Notes: generated by a model not told the origin, from the sequence alone. Positions 37,136 to 51,221 are shown, counted from the first letter of the stretch. The stretch: 64,000 nt of DNA from Octopus bimaculoides (GCF_001194135.2 NC_068985.1:20675067-20739066), one strand, 5' to 3'. Translations and numbers: made by a program.

Positions 37136-38350
37136 CAGCTTCACAAATTCAAATGAATTGAATGCTTGTGCCTTTTTAATCAGTGCCAGACATAGATGGA
37201 AGAAACTATAGAGCACTGGAAGAAATTCTTGGAGGTATTTATTCAGCTATATCCTTTATAAATCTGACTTGACATTTTTTGATGGGGATTAATAAAATAA
37301 CTGTTAAGTACTGGGGTCGATTTAATTCGTGGTGTCCTTTTCCCAATTATTGTCTTAGATCAATACTAGAAGACAATATCATGTCAAGTGTATTCCCTAT
37401 TGTTTGTTTGTTTATTTATTTTTTTTTGTGGGTGGGTTCGTTTTCTAGTTTTCTCTCTTTCAAGTTCTTATCTCTCACTTTATCATTATTATTATTTAAC
37501 AACAGCTGCCACTTCTGTTGTGATACCACTTTTTCCACCTAAGTTAGGCGAAATTAAATCTCTGACAGCAAGCTTTAGGCTTTCTTTCAGAGATGTTAGT
37601 TAAGTTCACAAAGTAAACTTTGATCACTCTATAATTAATTACTGCCTCAAGAAAGCTTTCAAATAGGATCAATATGAAGCGGCTTTCATGTACAACACTG
37701 CCTGGCAATCTATTTATTTTATATGTACTCACATGCAAATACAAACCTTTGCTTTTCCCAACGTTTTGTAGTTTCCTCTTATAGCTTTAATCCAGAGCAG
37801 GGGTTCCTAAACAGTGCACTGCAAGGTACACTACAGACTTTTAAAAAAATTTAATTTAAGACCCTAGGAAATCCATTATAACATTTGGCCATCTTGAAAA
37901 ATCATGTTATCAATAATTTCTAAAATACAAGTATAATTAATAAAACAATTTAAGCAATGGTTTTCTATACTTTTTCTGAACTTTTGACTTCAAAACAGGT
38001 TTTTGAATAGTTTCTTTGCAAAATGATCAGTAATTACAACTGATCTCTCAGATGTCATGAAATTAAAAGACTGAGATGCATTGATCTAGAGCAAAGTACT
38101 TCTGCTTCAATCAAAAGTAGATGTTACTCTGTTAGTAGCTTCTGCAGGTGGAGTCTTATATAATGGAAGTGGAAAACTTTAAAAGGCCTGCACCACACTA
38201 CAAAATGCCACATATGCATAGATACACACTTAAGTGCTTACAGAATCTCAAATATACACACACATTCACACTGAAATACACAAGAATATCTCTCTCTGTC
38301 TCTCTCTCTGTCTCTCTCTCTCTCTCTCTCTCACACTCATACACACATAC

Positions 38351-38553
38351 ACGTATGTGTTTAAGCACTGGATTGATTAGAGATTCTCTTTTTGGATCAT
38401 CTTGGAATGTAACATTAACAGTTGTGGTAACCGTTTCTAAATCCAGTAACTCATTGCAGAATTTGAGCTTAGTTTTGGAAATTATGAAATTCAGAAGCCT
38501 TTTATCCACTAAACTTTTTTCAATCAAGATGGTTTCTGTTATCAGCAATCCCA
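38351..38553 (-). CDS. Candidate internal coding exon, 203 nt, product unknown
   Basis: Strong acceptor (T)10CAG|, donor CGT|GTATGT, single open frame GLLITETILIEKSLVDKRLLNFIISKTKLKFCNELLDLETVTTTVNVTFQDDPKRESLINPVLKHIR; phase 1 to 0. Confidence 0.6.
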
Positions 38554-39647
38554 CTGAAAAAAAAAAAGTTGATACATTTGCCCTTGATTTTATTTCCAGG
38601 TCTACAATGCATGCACTCAGCTAAGTTCCTCTCAAATTTTATTTCTACATGCCTCTAGCTTCATCACCTGCCAGAGCAGCTGTCTGGCTTCCGTGCTAGT
38701 GGCCTGTAAATAGCACCATTTGAGCGTATTCGTTAACAGCATTGCCTTCTAGTGGCCCCGTTATGTGCTAATATTCCTCCAATTCCAATCCAACAAAGCA
38801 ACCATCTCCGACTGGGTGCTCCAGAACTAAGCCTTATTCTTATCAAACTCTTCATCTTCTCTCTCTCTTTTCTTCCTCCTCCTCCTCCCCACTCTCCCAG
38901 TAAAGTTGTTGACTACATTTTCCAAACATAGCAGCCAGAACTTAGTAACAGTAGAAGTTATAGTGTTTGTGAATCAGATATACTAGAATTTGCTTACACT
39001 TGCATAACAACAAAAGATGATCTAAAAACTAACCATTTCTGCTCACCAACGTGTTATAATAAACCTATTAATTAGTTCTTCTGTTTACTACATAACTTAA
39101 CAACCTGCTACTCCTTCCTCAGTCTTACCATTTCCCAATATGATACAATAGTTTATCAGTCATCCATGTATTTGATTGTGTTAATATCATTTTATAACAC
39201 TGTAAAATCTGTAAAATAAATAGTAATATATAAAAGAACTTGCTGATATATCTATCCATGCAAAGATTCCGATATCTATTCAAAATGTAATCATATTTTC
39301 TAGAATCTAGAAAGAAAAGGCAATCCTTCACATTATGGTAATAAACTCAAAAGAATTATATACAGTAATAACTAGAATAACAGAATACAATCCAAAATCA
39401 AACAGCATATCATTAAATTTCCTTAAGCTATGACTGAAAGCATAGATACACATCATTGTTTGATTCTTTAAAAAATTTAAGGATGTTTGCATGTATATTC
39501 TATTCCGTTATTCTGGTTATTCAAGTTTCTGTTGGTGTTTTATTATTTTGAGTTGACAGTTCTATCCTTCCAAGAACCGCAATCTTCTGAAACACTTTCC
39601 CTACCTAAGTTTCCCTGAGAGGCATTGCCTTACTAAAAATCAAAAAT

Positions 39648-39872
39648 GAAAGAGTTGCATTGATAGATAGCATGAGATGTCCAATTTTCTCAAACTAATA
39701 GTAAAAATAAAAATAAAAGTGAAAGAGTTGCATTGATAGATAGCATGAGATGTCCAATTTTCTCAAACTAATAGTAAAAATAAAAAGAAAAGTGAAAGAG
39801 TTGCATTGATAGATAGCATGAGATGTCCAATTTTCTCAAACTAATAGTAAAAATAAAAAGAAAAGTGAAAGA
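39648..39872 (+). repeat. 73-bp minisatellite, three or more copies running into a gap
   Basis: Unit starts at 39648, 39721, 39794, 39867: GAAAGAGTTGCATTGATAGATAGCATGAGATGTCCAATTTTCTCAAACTAATAGTAAAAAT.. Confidence 0.9.
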
Positions 39873-42196
39873 NNNNNNNNNNNNNNNNNNNNNNNNNNNN
39901 NNNNNNNNNNNNNNNNNNNNNNNNNNNNNNNNNNNNNNNNNNNNNNNNNNNNNNNNNNNNNNNNNNNNNNNNNNNNNNNNNNNNNNNNNNNNNNNNNNNN
40001 NNNNNNNNNNNNNNNNNNNNNNNNNNNNNNNNNNNNNNNNNNNNNNNNNNNNNNNNNNNNNNNNNNNNNNNNNNNNNNNNNNNNNNNNNNNNNNNNNNNN
40101 NNNNNNNNNNNNNNNNNNNNNNNNNNNNNNNNNNNNNNNNNNNNNNNNNNNNNNNNNNNNNNNNNNNNNNNNNNTATATATATATATATATATATGCATC
40201 ATTTGTTTCATGCCAACACATGAAACTCTCAGCCCTTGAGTCACTCTGTGACTTGCTTGTTATTAATGTATCATTAATATTGTAAATATATCTTAGAATT
40301 TGAGTTCTATTTTCCTGTTTGCATCATCAAACCTATATACATATATGCATATATATATATATATATATTCACTCACACACACACACACATATACATATAC
40401 ATTACACATACTACATATAATATGTGTATATATTTATATCTGTTATATGTGTTTATGTGTATGTATATATGTACTGTTTTCTCAAGAAATGCTTAAATGC
40501 TTGGTAATACAATCAGTGACTATTGATATTCTAATGAACTTATGATCAGAAGTTATATCAGTTTATACATTACCATTTTATACATTTTTTTTTTCTTGTA
40601 TTACTTATCTCTGTTATGGTAGCTAATTTCCACTTATGTATTAAGAAAAATATTGTTTGCATTTTGCCACAGTTTTGATCGAATGTTCTATTCCCAGTTC
40701 CCAAATCTATTGATGCCTTTAAAACTTTGCATGCAGTACCATAATTCATTCCATGTTTTGGAGTTGCTTTCAGCAGATTTTTAATGAGATTAGTATGTTC
40801 TAATCTGTCTCATGTGGTTATGTTATATATTTTCATTTAGATAAATGAGGTTATTACCTAAAGTAGCCTTTCCTAACATTTTTACTCTTGTAATACATTT
40901 CATATCTCTGGGACCCCCCACCCACGTGAAACTTATTATATTATGCTTTCTTTTTCATTAAGTTAAATTCTATAAAAAACTGAAAAAAAATCAATGAAAC
41001 AATGTTTGAAAGGTTTGGCAGTGCCAAATCCACCAGGCATCACAAAGATGGTTTAAGAAATTCTATCTTAACCAAGATGTTGCTTAGACAAAATTCCCGA
41101 TATTATCATCATTGTTTTAATGTCCAATTTTCCATTAATGCATGGGGTGGATGGAATTTGATAAAACATATATTCTACAGCCAGATGCTCTTCTTGTTGT
41201 TAACATTTGCCTATTTCCAAGTAAGTTCATATTTCCCCATGGCTGGACATATTATCACAGATGTTTAGGAATGAAGGTCACTGCTTATATGATGGTGACA
41301 CTTGTTTATTATTTTTTCCCCCATAAGCTCTGCCCTACCCCTTTGTAGATGTTGGAAATTTAAATATGCCATGTATGAATAATAAATATTTCAAATATAG
41401 GATTAAACACAAGAAATGACACTGAATTGCATTTTTATACAGATTATCCTATTTATGACTATTTTCTCTGGTAAACTATTGACTCCTCGCAGAGATCACT
41501 AGGGTTCCAGGTTGGGAAATGCTGATCTAGGAAATTATTGCATTGGAACTCTGAGCCGTTAGTCAAAGCGTTTAACCACTTGTTCTGCACATTCAACTCC
41601 CACACATATTTTACTTCCATTAATTGTAACGAAACTTACTTATACTCCAAATTCAACTTCCATACATTATATTTTAATTGAACTAATTACAGAAACAGTT
41701 TTCCCATTGACGACAACTTTGACTAAAGATATATCTTCCCAGCAATCATTGAATAAATAACTATACAAAATTCCGCTTAAGCTGTTCTTTACCTGAACAC
41801 GAATACGCATATTTGTGCAACATAAAAAATACCAGCTACATTCAAAAGAAACCTCCTGTTATATATTTACTCATTACTTTCAGTATTTTAACATGTTTTA
41901 TTAGTGTGAGAGAAGGAGAAATTGTTTATATTTTTCAAATTAGTTTTTTTGCCTTTCATTGGTGTTCAGTAATAAAAACTACAAATCCAACTCACCGCAG
42001 CTTTACCTTGCTGACTGTTTCTGTTTTATATCTTCTCATCTGTGTCTTTATTAGCCACACATACCTGCAACTGATAACAACATGAATGGTTTCCATTTAA
42101 CAGTTGCTCTTCTTTTCCAAACATATTTCCTGTTCATAGTGGAAAAATTTTCACATTTTCTTTTTCTTTTTGATTGTTTAATTCTTTCCATTGACT

Positions 42197-42241
<45 letters not shown>

Positions 42242-42591
42242 ATCTTGTTATTACTGTCTTCATATTTACATATCTGTATGCATTCTGCGTGTTTTGTTTA
42301 AATATATTGTGTATACACATCTACACACACACATATATAAAATATAAGATAGAGGAAAACAAAGTTATGATATATTCACAAAGTATATGCACTACAAATA
42401 CACAGAAACCCACAAACATGCATTAATGTATGTATATGTGTTAATGTGTCATATAAGTTATTTAATATAAAAAAAGTGAATTATATACAATAGGCTTTTA
42501 CTTAGAAAAACACACACGTGTGGATTAGCTAAATACAACATATTCAAATCTATACTATCTTCTTTTTTTAAAGGTTATATTTATTCATATG

Positions 42592-42880
42592 AAGGTATGT
42601 GGCCTAGTAATTAGAATATTGAACTCACAATTTCGAGATTATGGGTTCAATTCCCAGGCTGAGCAACACATTGGGTTCTTAAGCAAAACACATCATTTCA
42701 CATTGTTTCAGTCCACTAAACTGTAAATGGGTAACCCTGGGCAGAGCTAACCTTCCGATCAGAGGGAATGTTGGCCTGCTCACCTAGCCAGTGGGATGAT
42801 ATCATTCAAAAACGATGCAAAAGCGCATTGTGACAAGTGATGTATAACGGCATCCAATAGTCTGGTCGATCACTTGATCA
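42592..42880 (+). mobile_element. Old tRNA-head SINE (family D-like head, different tail)
   Basis: GAAGGTATGTGGCCTAGTAATTAGA..GGGTTCAATTCCCAGG..TTCTTAAGCAAAACACATCATTTCACATTGTTTCAGTCCAC. Confidence 0.6.
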
Positions 42881-43602
42881 CAAGATATTTATTCATACAG
42901 ACACACGTCTGACACAAATGTATAAAAATCAGGTGTGCTTCTGCATGCTTAATTATAAATCTGTTGTTTCTCTCATCTCACTTTATTTTTACTCTTTTGT
43001 CTCACCTTACCTTTCTCTGCTGTTTATTTTACCTTCCTCCATGCTCAACACCTACATTTTCTATCATGCATCATTGAACTAGTTACATAGTTGACACTTC
43101 TCAAATATCACGCATACAGTAGGTTCTTTGATGGTAACAGCTTGGAATCTGTACTTGTCTTAACACTATAATCAACCAAATAGCTTGACAAATTTACCAC
43201 TAACTGCTAGAAATTCACTGGGCCAGAACAGCTTATGATGCTCAAAACAGTTGCCAAAATGTATGCTTCTCTAGTGTAGGATTTTGTCTCTACATTTGAA
43301 TTATTCTATTCTGAATAATATTCTGTGAAAACTCTGTGATGTCATTAATGCAAGGTGTGAAAAGCAAATGAAAAATGATAAGAATAGAGATATGTAATGA
43401 GTTCTTATATACAGGTGCAAGGACCTTAATTTTGAAGAGATGGAGTTAGTCAACCCCATCAGTTTCAGGTACTTTATTTTAACAACTTCAAAAGGATGAA
43501 AGGCAAAGTTGGTCTAGGTGAGATTTGAACTCAGGACATAAAGAGCTGGAAGAAATACCACAAGGCATTTTATTTTGTCCACTGTTCTAATCTCACTAGA
43601 GG

Positions 43603-43765
43603 CAATGGTGTAGCTAGAGTAAGTGCCATCCAAGACATTCCCTTAAATTTGCTGTCCCCTGCATCCTATACAAGCTTTTACAGAAGAGCCAAATGTGCTA
43701 CCCTTATAAAAGTGTTACCTGGGATGGACTGCCCTCATTGTGTCCCCTACTCCAGCTACACTAAA
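43603..43765. mobile_element. Decayed MITE with CAGTGGCGTAGC-type termini
   Basis: CAATGGTGTAGCTAGAG..CTCCAGCTACACTA. Confidence 0.4.
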
Positions 43766-45861
43766 TAGAGATATATGAGAACGGATTACTGACATTGAGA
43801 GCTGGTGTTTATTAGATATTATTGTACCCATCAAAGAAAAAATATTATGCTATACTGAAAAGAAAAGATGAATATATTATATATGAAAGTATAGTAAACA
43901 TAATTTCTTTTATTTTTCTGTCCCAATATACAAATTCTAAATTATAACTTCAAATATAGGACAGTTATGGCTTAATAGAAATAATAGCTCAAGATTTGCA
44001 ATAAGAAACAAGTCCAGGTGATCAGCAATTAATGACCTTGAAGTAATACATCTGATTGGAACCATTAATCATTTCTTTTTTTATTAAAACAAAAAAGATA
44101 AAAAGAAATAAATCAAAAAGAAAACTGGCTACACTTCATCTTTTCCTATAATCTACGTCTTCAATCCCATTTCTCCTTTCAAATGGAATTTGGAAAATTT
44201 AATCTACTTTCCATCAGAGACATCTTTCATCTGTTAACATTGTATGTAATTTTTTTTATGACATACTTAATTAGAAAGTCATGCCTTGTTAACAATTTTG
44301 GATACCTTCCATGATGGTATGATACAATCAACATATTCTACCATATTTATGAATTCATTTTTGTTTTTTGTTTTTGTTCTACTTTTTTTATCTTCTGTGA
44401 GTACCTTTTTTTTATTGTTCTAAGTTCATTAAATATTGCAAGGATGGGATTTTTCTTAAGTGGAGCATTTGCATTTTTAGTGAGTACTGAAATGTGAATG
44501 TAAGTCATGCCTGTCTTATTCATTTGGGCAAACTGGAAAATGCAGTTAGTTATCTTACTCAAAGGCACAACACACAATGACAACAGCAAAATCTAAATGG
44601 ATGATCTGTGATCAGTAGTTCAGAACCCAAATCTTATGACTATGATGCTCTTTCATGGTGTGGACACCAAGACTGTACTAAAAGTCCTTCAGAAAATTAC
44701 TCAAAAATTCTTCAGAAATTCACCAGGCTGGACAAAGAGTCAGGTCTTAGACATGTGTGGATATAATATTGTGATCCCCATCAATCAACAGCAACTGTAG
44801 TGAGTAGATATCCTAATAACAGACGTTATCCAAGTATCTAATAATAATAGACAAAGCTCACAAAAGTCTTCCTCTGTGACCCCTTCACAACCAATGCCAT
44901 GAGAGGGGATTTGGTAGATAGAAATGAAAGAAGCCCACAGTATGCTTGTGTGTGTGTGGGGGGGGGGCGTATGTATGCATGTATGTATGTATTTATGTAT
45001 GCATGCATGTATGTATGTATAGATGAATGATATATGCATGTATGTATGGTGTTTGTTTTTATGTCAAGATATACATGAAAACAATTTGACATTAAATTGA
45101 AGGGTTACTAAATACTGTAGTAGAGTATTTGTTTATTAAACTTTTATGATATACATACATATACATGTGTGTGTGTGTGTGTGTGTGTGTGCATGCATGC
45201 ATATGTGAATTCATATTTCATCTTGTCTTCATGTGTGTTCTCTAGCTATAAACAATGGCTTCAGTGCTAATGCAGTCAGAGTCATTTGCTTGCAGCCTAC
45301 TTCAAAAGCATGTCCAGGCATTTTGACATGTCTTCACATGTTATGTGATCTCTGTGAAGTAAAGGTTCCTTCATACAGTGCTAATTGCTTTCGGTTCTTT
45401 GAATAACCATTTATAAACTGGGAGATTACCTGGAAACAGGTGGAGGTTGGCATTATGAAGGCTATCCAACTACAGAAAACTCTATCACAATTTAGTCTCC
45501 TGTGACTCATGCAAGCTTGAAAAAGTAGATGTTAGAACGACCACAACCACAATGGTGATGACATAAAAGATATACATTTTTCTTTGTATTGTCATGAAAT
45601 GAAAAATATTGGTGCATCAAAGAAACTAATAGCTTGCAGCACATGAGCAATGAGCTGTATCTGCCTACATTGAGAATGACTTGCTTTTGGCAATAAAATA
45701 AATACTAGAAAATGTTCTGGGTTTGATTCCTTATACCAGAACTCTTGAAGCATGGATGCAGTCCAAAAACTGAAACCAGTAAGACAATAAAAGAATGAAT
45801 ATGTGTGTGTGTGTATTTGTGTAAATATGTGCGTGCACACACACACACACACACACACACT

Positions 45862-45917
<56 letters not shown>

Positions 45918-46830
45918 TATATATATATATGTATGTACGTATGTACGTATAGACCCCTACACAAACATATATACATACATATGTGTTTGTGTATAAGTAT
46001 GTAGTATCTTCCTTTATTCCTATAAAGGTTTGTAATAAAGAGACAATACGTCATTTCTGAAGTGTAAATGACATGTGAAGTGTTGAGCATTTTAGCTTAG
46101 TTTGTATTCACAAAGTGTGTTCTGCGAAATGAATGTTAGGTCACTGTGCTGCACTTAGAAGACTAATGCTTTGATATTTACGAACGTAGCCAATAAATTT
46201 AGCTATAAATGTGAATACATAATCTGAGAAGCAAAGCTGCAGGTTTCAAATCAGTTATCTAAATATTATCTTTCACACTGATTTTAAAAGAGATGTTTAC
46301 ATCTGCAAGGCAGGTGACTTCTATAACATCATCTCATTTTCTTTTCTGTCCCCACAAAAACTATATCAAGTTTGTTACATTTGTATCAGGTGAAATCTTT
46401 GTTAGGAATGTTCCACTGATACTTGTCAAGTTGAAATGAATGAATGTATTCAACAACAGAAATATTTCCTATATTTATCCCAGGGAAGTTTTTCTTACGG
46501 ATGGCACTATATATAGAGGCATACAGTGGTTGTTGTCACAGTGTTTTTTTCTTTTTGTTTTGTTTTTTATGCTGAGTGTTTCTCTTCCGAATTTTTATTG
46601 AGGTACGCTAATCTATCAAATCTGGGGTAGCAAAAACGTCCTTGGGAAGTAAGTAAATAAGTACTTCTTCAGGAATTCCAATGTGTGTATGTATATATGT
46701 GTATATGTATTTATTTGTTTAGAACGACACAGGTAACAATGGAGAAAAGCCTCAGCTTTAAATAAATAAATAAACTCACACATACACATACAAAAATATA
46801 TATATATATAATATATATACGCACATATAA

Positions 46831-46871
<41 letters not shown>

Positions 46872-46879
46872 TTTAAAAA

Positions 46880-47060
46880 AAACACAAAAAACAATAACAA
46901 AAAGACAACAAAGTGAGGACGTGATATGGATAGTGTTATTGGATGCTCGGGAAAGGAAGGAGAGAGAGTATGACGTTTCGGGCGGAGCCCTTTGTCGGAA
47001 AGACAGAAAGTTCGGAGAATGGAAAAACGGAGGAAGAGGAAAATGGCACTGATGCCCACG
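46880..47060 (-). mobile_element. Penelope-like pLTR terminus with mutated minimal hammerhead
   Basis: Minus: CCGACAA-A-GGGC-TCC-GCCC-GAAA-CGTC-A then CCCGAGC..TTGTTGTCTTTTGTTATTG, ending at (TA)n; homologous to 60640-60780. Confidence 0.6.
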
Positions 47061-47361
47061 AGGTTACATTGTGAAAGGACCGGAAGAGGAGATGGTGGGG
47101 GAAAAGTTCTTTCTAAGACAGGAGAGTGAAAAAAGGAGGTGAATATCTGTGCATGCGTGAGAGTCTGCGAGTGTGTGTGTGATAACAGAACGTGTGTGTG
47201 CGTATGTATGTGTGTGTGTGTGTGTGTGCATGGTTTGGTGGTTTATCTGTTAGTGTGTATGTGTGTTTGTGTGTGTGTGTATGTGACGTAGTGGAAGGAA
47301 TTAGTAGCAGGAATAGTTAGTGGGTGCTTATATATATATATATATATATATACATACAATA

Positions 47362-47547
47362 ATTATAAGCTTAAAGCTTATAAGCATTCACGTATATTGG
47401 TTAAAGAAAAGAGTCTAATATTGGGGTATATAAGCCCTCAATGGAAACAGGTGGGTGTTAGTACACTGAGGGTTTATATGCCTTAAAATTGAGACTATTT
47501 TTGTTAGCAAATACACCGTGAACACTTATAAGTTTTAACCTTATAAT
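47362..47547. repeat. Diverged foldback element, ~80-bp arms
   Basis: ATTATAAG.TTAAA.CTTATAAG..TTCACG..AGTCT..AT..GG.ATATAA.CCCTCA mirrored. Confidence 0.75.
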
Positions 47548-47552
47548 CATCA

Positions 47553-47926
47553 TTATTACATCTGCCTTAGTGAAGGCAGAGGTATTGTTTTTAGTCATAT
47601 TTGTTTGTTTGATTGTTTGTCCATGGACATGGTATCTCAAGAACTGCTGGATAGATTCAGATGAAACTTTCAGTGATATTTGGCCTCATAACTGGCACAA
47701 ACTGATTAGATTTGGGGACCAATCCAGAACTGGACAAAGATTCTGGATTATTTTTCTTGTTTTTTTACTTAATTTTTGAGAGTGGTCGGGTTCATTTTTA
47801 GTATTCTCATTTGTGAGAGCAGTCTAGTTTATTTCAGATATTCTCATTTTAAAAATCATCTCTGGCTAATCGTTGAGAGGACATTGGTGTTGCCTTGGTG
47901 GAGGTTTGCACTCTCTGAGTGCTCTT
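47553..47926 (+). mobile_element. HINE/DINE-1-like non-autonomous DNA element
   Basis: 5' hairpin TCTGCC..GGCAGA, (TTTG)-type microsatellite, 3' subterminal IR GCCTTGGTGGAGGT then hairpin GCACTC-TCT-GAGTGC (47908-47922); T-rich flanks, no TSD. Confidence 0.55.
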
Positions 47927-50900
47927 ATTATTAGCTACAGAATTTTCACTCGTCCCTGCTTCTCCATTTAACACAATGTATATAGGTATGTATGTATGTA
48001 TGTATGTATGTATGTACGTATGTATGTATGCATGCATGCATGCATACACGCACAAATGCAGACAGACAAACAGGCAGACAGATGGGCAGGCAGGTAGGCA
48101 TGTAGGCAAGTAGACAGATCGACAGACGGATGGATGGATGGATGGATGGATGGATGGATGGATGGATGGATGGATGGATGCATATATGAAAGTAATTAGT
48201 TAAATTTTTGGAAAGCTTGAGCAAGTTAAGCATGGAAACTAACTTTATCCTAGTTAAGCAACTGAATGAATTCACTTCACTTGTAACAAGGCCACCCCAA
48301 TCTGGATGTTCAAGTGGTTCGAATTCATATACATTTCCTGTCTGTAAAACTAACCTCTTCTTTCTCTCCTTTACTCACAAGTGTAGCAAAGTGGTATGTA
48401 CTCCTATTTGTAAGAAAGAGAGTACTCAGAACATTTGTAGTTCAAAGACTAGTTTTGAAGATTCCTGACACAGAATGAAATTAATAGTCACTGTGTGGTA
48501 TTGAACCTTCCATTTCCCACTGTGTGTATAAATGGATGGATGGATAGATGGATGTGTGTGAATGAGAGTGGTTACCAGTGGCATAGTGAATACTCTCAGT
48601 ACCTTGGGCAAAGTGTCATCCACCTTAATTAACAAGTTTGATAAACCAAAAGATCATTTGCACTTTACCTCAGACTCTGTGTGTGCATGTGTGTTTGTGT
48701 TTGTATGCGCATGTGCATGCCTGTGCATGTGCACATACACATTTAAATATTTACTTGTGTGCCTAAACATATGCATCTGATATGTATAATATGAATGTAT
48801 ATGTTTTTGCTTGTTTGTTTTGTGTTTTTCTCTTTTTGCTGACTTTTAAGTAATAACCATTTTTATTTTTTAAAATGTCAACTTTACATCTGTGTGTGTG
48901 TGTGTGTGTGTGATCTTAATACTGTGTATCTTTATAAGTTTATTTAATTACGCATCCACCTTATGGTCAGCCAAGCATTTTTATTCATGTCCTAACTAGC
49001 ACTGATAGTTTTTGATACATATGTGCTTGCTTTTACCAAGTAATATAACGTTGGTTAACTAGCCTGTTAATTAACATTATATACTCCAACTAATTAAAAC
49101 ATTGATATTAAGAATTTAGTCGTCCTTAATGCTGTTGCTAGATAGATTTGTACATATCTCGTTGAAAAATACACCCACATAAATGTTATCTGATCAAACA
49201 GTTAAGGAATGGTGTAGTTTTAAATAATCTCATACCACCATGCAATTGAAACCTAGCAAACATAGGGAAAATACAATGTTAAATCAACCTTGACAAATGT
49301 GGATTTAGAACTACAGACCATAAACACATATTAATCAGCCAAGCCAATTAAATGCCTCTCTGCTCTGTTGGTGAAATGCTATTTAATATAAAGATTGATG
49401 AACATTAGTTATTGCAACCAGTAAAGAAAAGAATATGTCAACAATAACCCATGAATATAAATCTTGGCTTGTTTGGCACACATTGAATAATTGATAAAAG
49501 TTAATAGCTTATATTATCCCAGAACTACATTGTAGAGAATCACATACAACAACACAATGTTATCCCTAGCACTCTATTTTTCTGAAATTCATTGTATAGA
49601 TTCATTATGTTATCAAGTGATTGATCGTGTTATTAAAGTGCCGAAACTCCCTCAAATTTCTACTGCAGTCAGATAGGCTACACAGTGGCAGTCACAACAG
49701 AATTGGGTAAAATGCTTTGTAGTATTTGTTCTGGCTCTCGGTGTACTGAGTTCAAATGTTGCTGAGGTTAACTCTGCTTTTCATCCTTCAGGCGTTGATA
49801 AAGATTTGATAAGAATTACAGCAATAAGAACATACACATATGAACATACACACACACACATTACACATGCGTAATGTGTACACACAGATGCATATATGGA
49901 CAAACATAGATATGCATGAATATACAGGGTGTAAGACATTTTGGTACAGTTATTTTGGGATTACCTAATTGGTGTAGTGGAGGNNNNNNNNNNNNNNNNN
50001 NNNNNNNNNNNNNNNNNNNNNNNNNNNNNNNNNNNNNNNNNNNNNNNNNNNNNNNNNNNNNNNNNNNNNNNNNNNNNNNNNNNNNNNNNNNNNNNNNNNN
50101 NNNNNNNNNNNNNNNNNNNNNNNNNNNNNNNNNNNNNNNNNNNNNNNNNNNNNNNNNNNNNNNNNNNNNNNNNNNNNNNNNNNNNNNNNNNNNNNNNNNN
50201 NNNNNNNNNNNNNNNNNNNNNNNNNNNNNNNNNNNNNNNNNNNNNNNNNNNNNNNNNNNNNNNNNNNNNNNNNNNNNNNNNNNNNNNNNNNNNNNNNNNN
50301 NNNNNNNNNNNNNNNNNNNNNNNNNNNNNNNNNNNNNNNNNNNNNNNNNNNNNNNNNNNNNNNNNNNNNNNNNNNNNNNNNNNNNNNNNNNNNNNNNNNN
50401 NNNNNNNNNNNNNNNNNNNNNNNNNNNNNNNNNNNNNNNNNNNNNNNNNNNNNNNNNNNNNNNNNNNNNNNNNNNNNNNNNNNNNNNNNNNNNNNNNNNN
50501 NNNNNNNNNNNNNNNNNNNNNNNNNNNNNNNNNNNNNNNNNNNNNNNNNNNNNNNNNNNNNNNNNNNNNNNNNNNNNNNNNNNNNNNNNNNNNNNNNNNN
50601 NNNNNNNNNNNNNNNNNNNNNNNNNNNNNNNNNNNNNNNNNNNNNNNNNNNNNNNNNNNNNNNNNNNNNNNNNNNNNNNNNNNNNNNNNNNNNNNNNNNN
50701 NNNNNNNNNNNNNNNNNNNNNNNNNNNNNNNNNNNNNNNNNNNNNNNNNNNNNNNNNNNNNNNNNNNNNNNNNNNNNNNNNNNNNNNNNNNNNNNNNNNN
50801 NNNNNNNNNNNNNNNNNNNNNNNNNNNNNNNNNNNNNNNNNNNNNNNNNNNNNNNNNNNNNNNNNNNNNNNNNNNNNNNNNNNNNNNNNNNNNNNNNNNN

Positions 50901-51185
50901 NNNNNNNNNNNNNNNNNNNNNNNNNNNNNNNNNNNNNTATCTTTATCATTCTCTCATTATCTGCGTGTGTATATATCTGCATGCCTGTGCATGTGTGTAT
51001 ATTTGCCTCCAGTGCCAAATAGTTCTGTTGTAAAAGCAGGCAGAATGTCCAGTCAGCCACACTAAATTATTAGTGCCCAAACAGACTCACCCAATCATCT
51101 CATTCTAATATATAACTATATATATTGCTGACATTTTTTAAAATATAAATAGTCTATCAATACCAGTCAAGCACTTGTGTGCATT

Positions 51186-51221
<36 letters not shown>

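Noticed and set aside
40600-40900. Possible LINE RT C-terminal remnant on minus
   Set aside because: Too degraded; no diagnostic motif could be read
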